The notes under the pieces were generated by a model that was given only the letters and a program-made list of their open reading frames with translations, made no database searches and was not told the origin of the DNA. Shown one piece after another: positions 48,165-55,263 of a DNA stretch of 64,000 nt. This DNA comes from Gemmatimonadaceae bacterium. GTDB lineage: Bacteria > Gemmatimonadota > Gemmatimonadetes > Gemmatimonadales > Gemmatimonadaceae. The position numbers were made by a program, and so were the translations under genes. How positions within the stretch are numbered: the stretch's first letter is position 1; each line of letters opens with the position of its first letter. The stretch covers positions 24,626-88,625 of the forward strand of contig JBQTIW010000035.1 of NCBI GenBank assembly GCA_052387735.1, in the 5' to 3' direction.

Positions 48165-48733
48165 TCGTGATGATCGACAATTACGACTCGTTCACCTGGA
48201 ACCTCGTGCAGTACCTCGGAGAACTCGGGGCCGAGGTGCGGGTGGTGCGCAACGATGCGACCACCGTGGACGAGCTGATCGCCCTGGACCCGGAGCGGGT
48301 GGTGATCTCGCCTGGCCCCTGCTCACCTAACGAAGCGGGTGTGTCGCTCGAAGTGATCACCCGGTTCGCAGGGCGGGTCCCCGTACTGGGTGTCTGTCTG
48401 GGTCACCAGGCCATCGGGCAGGCGTTCGGCGGGCGCGTGGTGCACGCAAAGACCCTGATGCATGGAAAGGTCGCGCCGATCGAGCACACGGGTGTGGGAG
48501 TTTTTCGCGACCTCCCTACGCCGTTCGCCGCAACACGCTATCACTCGCTCGCCGTCGAGCGGGCCAATCTTCCGGACTGCCTCGAGGTCACCGCGTGGAC
48601 GGCGGATGGGGAGATCATGGGCTTGCGGCACAGGGAGTACGCCGTCGAGGGTGTGCAGTTCCATCCGGAATCGATCCTTACCGAACATGGACACGCCCTT
48701 CTGAGGAACTTTCTGTCGCTCCAGGCCGGGTAG
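48161..48733 (+). CDS. trpG: anthranilate synthase component II / glutamine amidotransferase
   Basis: [23 protein letters not shown]..., [10 protein letters not shown] (catalytic Cys), VQFHPES. ATGA overlap with trpE. Confidence 0.9.
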   Translation: MIVMIDNYDSFTWNLVQYLGELGAEVRVVRNDATTVDELIALDPERVVISPGPCSPNEAGVSLEVITRFAGRVPVLGVCLGHQAIGQAFGGRVVHAKTLMHGKVAPIEHTGVGVFRDLPTPFAATRYHSLAVERANLPDCLEVTAWTADGEIMGLRHREYAVEGVQFHPESILTEHGHALLRNFLSLQAG

Positions 48734-48780
48734 GGCTCGCCCGTTCCCCCGTCACCGGAGGGAGCGCCAATCCCTATTGC

Positions 48781-48805
48781 GCGACAGCGGATGTCGCTCC
48801 TTCTC
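48781..48805 (+). terminator. weak terminator candidate after trpG
   Basis: GCGACA-gcgga-TGTCGC (6-bp stem) followed by TCCTTCTC. Confidence 0.3.
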
Positions 48806-49010
48806 ATGCGTCCCATCCCCTTACGTACATCGACGGCGTGATCGCGTTCCTCGAGGACGTCGACACGGGGAAGATGTGGGACCGGGGACTGGACGCTCGC
48901 CTCGGAGGACCGACGACACCGGCTCGGCGCAGGCCTCGCTCAGGCTCGCGTGGCCGCTGACCTCGGGCTCCAGCGCAGAGCGGGAGCCGGCGTCTTTCGT
49001 GGGTGTCTGG

Positions 49011-50132
49011 TCACGGTCCGAGCAGGGCGTCGGCGATGGTGGCGATTTCGTCGGCCTCACGCCACGCCGCCGCGAGTTCTTCGAGTTCGCCCTCCATGGC
49101 GCGGCGCTCGCTCTCTTCATGCGCGGCAATTTCGAGCGCCACACGATCGACCAGCGGCACTTCGAGAAGCGCGGTGGCCGGATCGCTGCCAATGCCGCCG
49201 CGCCCCCAGAACGTCCGACCGGTGAGCCGCCAGGCAAGTCGCTCGGTCTGGGTCGTCGCGATTTCCAGGGCCTGGACGTCGGTGACCCGGGACTCCTCGG
49301 CGTTCTCTCGACCCCATGACGATCGGAGCGCGATGGTCAACACGCGGTTGAAGTAGCTGTCGGGACGAGCCGACTCGTCGACCTTGGACACGGCCGCGGA
49401 GAGCAGCTCGTGCGAGAAGCCGGCTCCCCGTTCGGTTCCGTTGATGATCGCCAGCATGCGCGCCACGGCACGCACCCCCGCCTCACCTTCCAGGGTCAGC
49501 AGTCCCTGATCGTGCGGGACTGCAAGCGACCATGGGCGCCCTGGTTCGGGTCGTACAAGGCTCGCACGGACCAGATGGCGCAGCCGAATGACCGCGATGG
49601 GAATATCCGCCGAGTCGGCCCCCCGTCGCGGGAGCTGCACCACATCTGCGACTTTGTCTCCGTAGACGCCAAGCAACAGGTCGGCGAGCGCTTTGCGCGC
49701 GTAGTGGTGGCGGCCATCGGGTTGCGACGACAGGAGAGCGCGCGCGCCGGCGACCATGAACGATGCCACCTGTCCAAGCGCACGCGAGGCTACCGGCCGG
49801 CGGTGCCGCAGCATACGCCCATATCGCCAGGCGGCGACCTCGGGACGCAGCGCAGGGCCAATGCGGATCAGGTCGACGTCGCCCTTGAGCCACGCCAGGC
49901 CGATGTTGCCTGACGAGTAGCGGAGTGCGGTCGCACGGAAGCGCCGTTCGCACTCGTCAACCGTTTCCCATCGCTCTTCGATCGGTGCGAGATTCCACCG
50001 CGCACAGACCGGACACACGGCCCAGAGGCAGGCCTTCAGTGGATCGAACGCCACACGCCGGGATACCGCAAAAGTCTCCAGCACCTGATTCTCGCCCAGG
50101 CTGGCGTAACAGAAAGTGCAGGTGGCGTACAT
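49011..50132 (-). CDS. hypothetical protein with an N-terminal CxxC...CxxC zinc-ribbon
   Basis: 373 aa. MYATCTFCYASLG...AVCPVCARWNL. No family recognised. High GC3. Confidence 0.55.
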   Translation of the reverse strand: MYATCTFCYASLGENQVLETFAVSRRVAFDPLKACLWAVCPVCARWNLAPIEERWETVDECERRFRATALRYSSGNIGLAWLKGDVDLIRIGPALRPEVAAWRYGRMLRHRRPVASRALGQVASFMVAGARALLSSQPDGRHHYARKALADLLLGVYGDKVADVVQLPRRGADSADIPIAVIRLRHLVRASLVRPEPGRPWSLAVPHDQGLLTLEGEAGVRAVARMLAIINGTERGAGFSHELLSAAVSKVDESARPDSYFNRVLTIALRSSWGRENAEESRVTDVQALEIATTQTERLAWRLTGRTFWGRGGIGSDPATALLEVPLVDRVALEIAAHEESERRAMEGELEELAAAWREADEIATIADALLGP

Positions 50133-50225
50133 GCGCCGTGGTCTGCCCGGAATTCAGGTGAGCGTCGCTCTCGACTCACGCTACACGACCCGCCCATCGG
50201 ACACCAGATGCTCGGGACCAGCCGA

Positions 50226-50254
50226 GGGGAGCGAAGGGTGGGTGGCGGGTGGGG
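50226..50254 (+). other. canonical G-quadruplex-forming motif
   Basis: GGGGAGCGAAGGGTGGGTGGCGGGTGGGG: five G3-4 runs with loops of 7 nt or fewer. Shares the GGGGAGCG core with the intergenic repeat family. Confidence 0.5.
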
Positions 50255-50467
50255 CGCCCTCCCGTACGACGCGCTGTACCCACGACCCAACGCCCGATCG
50301 GCCACCTGCGACGTGGGCGGTCTTTACCCGATCCGCCGGTCCAAGGGTAAGCGTGCCCTGCATGTGGCGGCGGCTCTCGGCGCGGGGCTGCCGGGATTCT
50401 TGTGTCAGGTTGCTGCCGATCAGGGATGGACGCTGTTTCAGCGTATCGGCACAAATCGGAGCACTGG

Positions 50468-50496
50468 TTGCACTCGACCATTGCCCCCCGTTTACT
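50468..50496 (+). promoter_or_regulatory. sigma70-like promoter candidate TTGCAC-N17-TTTACT upstream of the HTH gene
   Basis: Spacing counted directly. Lies in a locally lower-GC stretch. Confidence 0.3.
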
Positions 50497-50554
50497 GGAG
50501 AGGTACGGTTTAGCTGCCTCCCTCGTATCACTCCCTCCTTCCGTCTCCCTCCCT

Positions 50555-50974
50555 ATGGCCGCACGCCCTCGTCGCCGCCAGAAAGCCTCCTCCGGGACAG
50601 GCGCCCGCAGAAAGCCGTCACGCAGCTCCTCATCAGGCTCCCGGAAAACGAAGCGTAGTCCAAACCAGGGGTTCCCTAAAGGCAGCAAGCATCCGTCGGC
50701 ACAGCTCACGATTCAGCAGGTGCGTGCGCTCCGCGCCGGTCGTTATGACGACAAGCCGTTCTCCGAACTCGCGGCCCGGTGGGGCGTGAGTCCAGCGGCG
50801 GTGTCGCTGGCGCGAACGGGAAAGACCTGGTCGTGGCTCCCGGGAGCGCGCAAGCCGATCAAGCCGACCGATCCCAAACGTCATCGCGGTCCGGCGGTTG
50901 TCCTCGACTGGCGCAGGGTTCTTGGCAAGGACGGAAGACCGGCGGGCGCCCGAGCAAGACCCCGCAGTCGGTAG
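50555..50974 (+). CDS. highly basic protein with a phage/homing-endonuclease-type HTH module
   Basis: KHPSAQLTIQQVRALRAGRYDDKPFSELAARWGVSPAAVSLARTGKTWSWL resembles the 'HPxAKLT..QV..IR....S...LA..YGVS...I..I..G.TW' module of phage HNH/NUMOD-type proteins. Lower GC3 than neighbours. No SD; a C-rich tract precedes the ATG. Confidence 0.5.
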   Translation: MAARPRRRQKASSGTGARRKPSRSSSSGSRKTKRSPNQGFPKGSKHPSAQLTIQQVRALRAGRYDDKPFSELAARWGVSPAAVSLARTGKTWSWLPGARKPIKPTDPKRHRGPAVVLDWRRVLGKDGRPAGARARPRSR

Positions 50975-51140
50975 CTTCGCAGGACGCACGGTCCTAGCGC
51001 GATCGCTCTCGTCGTCAGACGGTCCCTCTCGCGTCAGACCGTTTCGGTGGTGCCGGTTCCGTCTGCCGCTGCTACTCGCCGGCCTTGTGTCCGGCGCGCA
51101 GACGCGTGGTATTCAACCCCGGTGGTGCTGGCCCCGCCCC

Positions 51141-51190
51141 GGAGACACTCGTGCACCGGTCGAGCGACGCGCTCGAACGGGAGTGTCTCT
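51141..51190 (+). other. long nested hairpin between the HTH gene and the lysozyme-like gene
   Basis: GGAGACACTC...GAGTGTCTC(T) outer stem encloses a TCGAGCG-acg-CGCTCGA inner stem. Confidence 0.4.
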
Positions 51191-51316
51191 GAACGGGAGG
51201 GCATCGTGACGCACATTGTGCGGGCGGAAGCGCGGAGGCATCCCCGCCCGCGCTCGGGCCGCGATGCCCCGAGCGGCCGGACGCTCGTCACGCAGCGTTG
51301 GACCAGGAGACGAACC

Positions 51317-51916
51317 ATGCAGGTCGATCACGCGAAGTTCTTCGACGGGTACCGGGCGGCATTCGGGAAAATGAGGCAGACCACCGTCGCCGGAATCGAG
51401 TTGTTAGGAACGCACATGCAACAGGATCCCGACCTGACCGATGTGCGCTGGGCAGCGTACATGCTGGCCACGGTGAAACACGAGTGCGCCAACCGATGGC
51501 TTCCCATCACCGAGTTCGGACCGCGGGAATACTTCGCGAAGTATGAAAGCGGCACGAAGCTGGGCAAACAGCTCGGCAACACGCAGCCTGACGATGGGTT
51601 TCGCTTTCGCGGACGCGGATACGTGCAGATCACCGGGCGTGCCAACTATCGGCGGCTGTCCGAGGCCCTCGCCCTGGGAAGTCTGCTCGAGGACGATCCG
51701 GACCACGCGCTGAGGCCGCAGGTGGCCTACCGCATCATGTCGGTCGGCATGCGCAAGGGGATGTTCACCGGCAAGAAGCTCAGCGACTACATCAACGAGA
51801 CCGCCTGCGACTACAAGAACGCGCGCCGCGTCATCAATGGCACCGACCAGTGGGAGCGGATCACGGGCTACGCCGAGGCACTGGAGCAGGTGCTTCGACT
51901 CACGGTGTCAATGTGA
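51317..51916 (+). CDS. glycoside hydrolase family 19 / COG3179 'predicted chitinase' (phage-endolysin-like)
   Basis: GGAGA SD 6 nt upstream of the ATG. FRFRGRGYVQITGRANY and ...ARRVINGTDQ... blocks are typical of GH19 lysozyme-like proteins. 199 aa, no signal peptide. Confidence 0.7.
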   Translation: MQVDHAKFFDGYRAAFGKMRQTTVAGIELLGTHMQQDPDLTDVRWAAYMLATVKHECANRWLPITEFGPREYFAKYESGTKLGKQLGNTQPDDGFRFRGRGYVQITGRANYRRLSEALALGSLLEDDPDHALRPQVAYRIMSVGMRKGMFTGKKLSDYINETACDYKNARRVINGTDQWERITGYAEALEQVLRLTVSM

Positions 51917-52138
51917 GCGCGACGCGCCGCACCATCGCTCCGTGACCGTGCGCGCCCCCTTGTAGGAGCGCCCGGACCGACGCCAACGTTGCCCGCACCG
52001 ACCTCCGTGGTTCCATCGCATGCGCTCGCCAGGCAAGCACGAGTGCGGTGAAATCCTGCGACATGCCGGGGCGGGCGGATTGGCGGCAGGTTCGCGTCCG
52101 TTCTACGGCCGCCGGACGCCAGCCGCAGGGGCTCGGGA

Positions 52139-52182
52139 TTGACAGATCGGTCGTTGAAACCAAATGCTCCTTTTGGCGATCT
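52139..52182 (+). promoter_or_regulatory. TTGACA -35-like hexamer followed by a nested palindrome (candidate PadR operator)
   Basis: TTGACA (52139-52144). AGATCG (52144-52149) ... CCAAA/TTTGG ... CGATCT (52177-52182). AAGGAG SD follows, then the ATG at 52194. Confidence 0.35.
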
Positions 52183-52193
52183 AAAGGAGTGTC

Positions 52194-52529
52194 ATGTCAA
52201 CCGCGCGATCCGAGGTGCTCCAGGGCACCCTTGAAATGCTGGTGCTCAAGCTCCTGACCATCGAGCCGGCGCATGGCTGGGGACTCTCCTTTCGCTTACG
52301 ACAGATTTCCCGTGACGTGTTCGATGTCAACCAGGGGTCGCTGTATCCGGCGCTGCAACGGCTGTTGCGCAAGGGGCTGATTCGCTCCGAGTGGCGCACC
52401 AGTGAGAACAACCGACGCGCGCGGTACTACGAGATCACACGCGAAGGGCGCCGCTGCCTCGAGAGCGACGTTTCCGAGTGGGAGCGCTCGTCAGGCGCGG
52501 TGAATCGCGTGTTGCGTTTCGCGCAGTGA
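52194..52529 (+). CDS. PadR-family transcriptional regulator
   Basis: LQGTLEMLVLKLLTIEPAHGWGLSFRLRQISRDVFDVNQGSLYPALQRLLRKGLIRSEWRTSENNRRARYYEIT. Confidence 0.85.
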   Translation: MSTARSEVLQGTLEMLVLKLLTIEPAHGWGLSFRLRQISRDVFDVNQGSLYPALQRLLRKGLIRSEWRTSENNRRARYYEITREGRRCLESDVSEWERSSGAVNRVLRFAQ

Positions 52530-52536
52530 GGGCTCG

Positions 52537-55233
52537 ATGGCCTGGTATCATCACCTGACGTCGGCGATTCAATCGCAGCTGCGCCGTCGCCACGCCGATC
52601 GCGAGCTCGCGGAGGAAATGCGACACCATGTCGACCTGGAAGCCGAATGGAACATGCGACAGGGACTTTCACCGGAGGCGGCTCGGCAGCGTGCGCTGCG
52701 GTCGTTTGGAGGCATGGAGCGATATGCTGACGAAGTACGCGACGAGCGCGGGGCACGATTCCTCGAGACGCTGCGGCAGGACCTGAGGTTCGCATGGCGA
52801 TCGCTGCGACGGCGCGCCGGATTCACCTCGCTCGTGGTCCTGACACTGGCGTTCGGAATCGGCGCGACGGCGACGCTCTTCGCGGTCGTGCGAAGCGTAC
52901 TGCTCACGCCGCTGCCGTACGGCCGCACCGAGGGCATCGCCGTCCTCTGGAGCGCGTGGAAGGGGTTTCCCAAAACCTGGCTCTCCTACGACGAGTACGA
53001 AGCATGGGACGCTGACATTCCGGCCATCAGCGACGTGGGCCTGTACACCGATGGCGCAGCGAACCTGACCGGCGGCGACCAGCCCGAGCGCGTGCGGGCG
53101 GCCAGCGTTGGCGCGAATGTCTTCTCCGTGCTTGGCGTGGCACCGATGCTCGGACGCGGGTTCAGCGCCGAAGAGGATCGGCCTAACGGCGCGCGGGCCG
53201 CGATCCTCAGCTACGAGGCGTGGCAGCGGCGACACGGCGGCGATCTCTCGGTGGTCGGACGCAGCATCCAGGTCAACGGCGAGGCAGTGCCCATGATTGG
53301 CGTCATGCCGCCGGGCTTCAAGCTGCCTGGCGACTTCACGGCCGCCGGACCCACGGACCTCTACTTCCCGCTTGCGACCGACGCCGCGAGCCAGGGCGTG
53401 CCCCCCGGCCCGACGTTCAACCAGGGCGGGGGCAACCACGGCTTCCTCGCCGTCGCCCGTCTCGCGCCTAACGCGGATGTGCACGTGGTCAACACGCAGC
53501 TCACCGAGTACGTGGCACGTCTGGTCCGGGAGAATGTCTTCAGCCGTGAGTTTCAGTTCCGGGCCTTTGCGGTCTCCATCGAGGACGAAATCACTGGCAG
53601 CGTGCGTGGTCCCTTGCTCGTGCTTCTGGGTGCGGTGGGCATCGTGTTGCTGATCGCGTGCGCGAACGTCGCCGGACTGCTCCTGGTGCGCGGCGAACGG
53701 CGCCGGCGGGAACTGGCCGTTCGCGTCGCGCTCGGCGCCGAGGGGCCACGCCTCACGCGTCTGCTCTTCGCCGAGAGTGCGATGCTCGCGTCCCTTGGCG
53801 CGGTGGCCGGGTGCGCACTCACCTGGGGGGGTATCGTGATCCTGAGGCGTGCCGCCCCTGACACGCTGCCCCGAGTCGGCGAGACCCACATCGAACCCGC
53901 ACTGCTCGTGTTCGTACTCCTCATCGCGTCGCTCGTAGCGCTCCTCACCGGGGTGCTGCCGGCCGTGCAAGCGACACGAGTTGCACCGTCGGACGAGCTC
54001 AAGGAAGGAGGCAAGAGCGCAACGGCAGGAGGTGCCAGGCTCAAGTGGCGACAGGCCCTGGTCACGGCCGAGATCGCACTCGCGGTGCTCCTTGTCATCG
54101 GGGCCGGCCTGATGGTGCGCAGCGTCGCGAACCTCCTGGCGATCGACCCTGGCTTCAATCCCAGGGGGGTACTTACCATGCGGCTGTCGACGCCATCGGC
54201 GTGGTATCCGGATTCAGTCCGGGTCGCCGCGTTCTGGGAGGGACTACAGACGAAAGTGGCACAACTGCCACAGGTGCAATCGGTGGGTGCCGTGTTGCTC
54301 TTGCCGCTCGCGACGGAAATGGGTGACTGGGGGCTCCAGGTGGAGGGGTACACTCCGCCGCCGAACACGGGCACGCCGGGTGATTGGCAGGTGGTTACTC
54401 CCGGATACTTCGAGACGTTTGGACTGCGGCTCGCGTCGGGCCGATTCTTCGATGCCCGCGACGACATCAACGGCCCGCTAGCGATGATCGTGAACAAGCG
54501 CTTCACCGAGCTATACCTGGCTGGTCGACCACCGCTCGGCACGCGTGTGCGTATCGGCGGGAGCCCGGACAGCGTGTCGTACACCATTGTGGGGGTTGTG
54601 GACAACGTGAAGCACAACGCGTTGACGCGAGAGGTGAAGGCACAGTTCTACGCTCCGCTCGCGCAGTTCGCCCGCGCACCGGGGAATACGATGCGAAGCA
54701 TGAGCCTCGCGGTGAAGACCAACGCCGATCCACGGTCGCTGATCGCCCCGGTCAGATCGATCATCCGCGCGATCGACGCGCGGCTCCCGGTCGCCGACGT
54801 TCGGACACTGGAGGACGTCGTAGGAGCGTCGATCGCAGCTCCACGGTTTGCGATGCAGCTACTCGCCGCTTTCGGCATCATCGCGCTCACGCTGTCCGCA
54901 ATTGGAGTCTTCGGCGTGGTGTCACAGGTGGTGGCAATGCGCGAGCAGGAGTTCGGTATCCGCGCCGCTCTGGGCGCACGGCCGATCGAGCTGGTGCGGC
55001 TCAGTCTCGCGACGGGTCTTCGCCAGACACTCGCCGGGCTTGCGATCGGTGTCGTCGGTGCGCTGGCCGCGACGAGGCTTCTGGGCCGTCTGCTCGAGGG
55101 CGTGAAGCCGACGGATCCGCTGACCTTTGCAGCAGTCGTCGTGGTGACCGCAGCGGTTGCCCTGCTTGCGAGTGCGCTGCCTGCGCGGCGCGCCGCGAAG
55201 GCGCAACCTGGCAGCGTACTGAGGTCGGACTAG
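52537..55233 (+). CDS. ADOP-family duplicated FtsX/MacB-type permease
   Basis: 898 aa. Characteristic N-terminus ...ELAEEMRHHVDLEAEWNMRQGLSPEAARQRALRSFGGMERYADEVRDERGARFLETLRQDLRFAWRSLRRRAGFT. Two FtsX permease modules. Directly follows PadR. Confidence 0.85.
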   Translation: MAWYHHLTSAIQSQLRRRHADRELAEEMRHHVDLEAEWNMRQGLSPEAARQRALRSFGGMERYADEVRDERGARFLETLRQDLRFAWRSLRRRAGFTSLVVLTLAFGIGATATLFAVVRSVLLTPLPYGRTEGIAVLWSAWKGFPKTWLSYDEYEAWDADIPAISDVGLYTDGAANLTGGDQPERVRAASVGANVFSVLGVAPMLGRGFSAEEDRPNGARAAILSYEAWQRRHGGDLSVVGRSIQVNGEAVPMIGVMPPGFKLPGDFTAAGPTDLYFPLATDAASQGVPPGPTFNQGGGNHGFLAVARLAPNADVHVVNTQLTEYVARLVRENVFSREFQFRAFAVSIEDEITGSVRGPLLVLLGAVGIVLLIACANVAGLLLVRGERRRRELAVRVALGAEGPRLTRLLFAESAMLASLGAVAGCALTWGGIVILRRAAPDTLPRVGETHIEPALLVFVLLIASLVALLTGVLPAVQATRVAPSDELKEGGKSATAGGARLKWRQALVTAEIALAVLLVIGAGLMVRSVANLLAIDPGFNPRGVLTMRLSTPSAWYPDSVRVAAFWEGLQTKVAQLPQVQSVGAVLLLPLATEMGDWGLQVEGYTPPPNTGTPGDWQVVTPGYFETFGLRLASGRFFDARDDINGPLAMIVNKRFTELYLAGRPPLGTRVRIGGSPDSVSYTIVGVVDNVKHNALTREVKAQFYAPLAQFARAPGNTMRSMSLAVKTNADPRSLIAPVRSIIRAIDARLPVADVRTLEDVVGASIAAPRFAMQLLAAFGIIALTLSAIGVFGVVSQVVAMREQEFGIRAALGARPIELVRLSLATGLRQTLAGLAIGVVGALAATRLLGRLLEGVKPTDPLTFAAVVVVTAAVALLASALPARRAAKAQPGSVLRSD

Positions 55234-55263
55234 AACACCCAGGAGTCACGCGCGGAGGGAAGG

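Noticed and set aside
50176-50709. The 177-aa minus-strand ORF, and an internal MVECNQCSDLC... start, in the spacer upstream of the HTH gene.
   Set aside because: The translation is Arg/Pro/Gly-rich. Codon usage is mixed and non-coding-like in the lower-GC part. It overlaps the better-supported + strand HTH gene and has no convincing start context.
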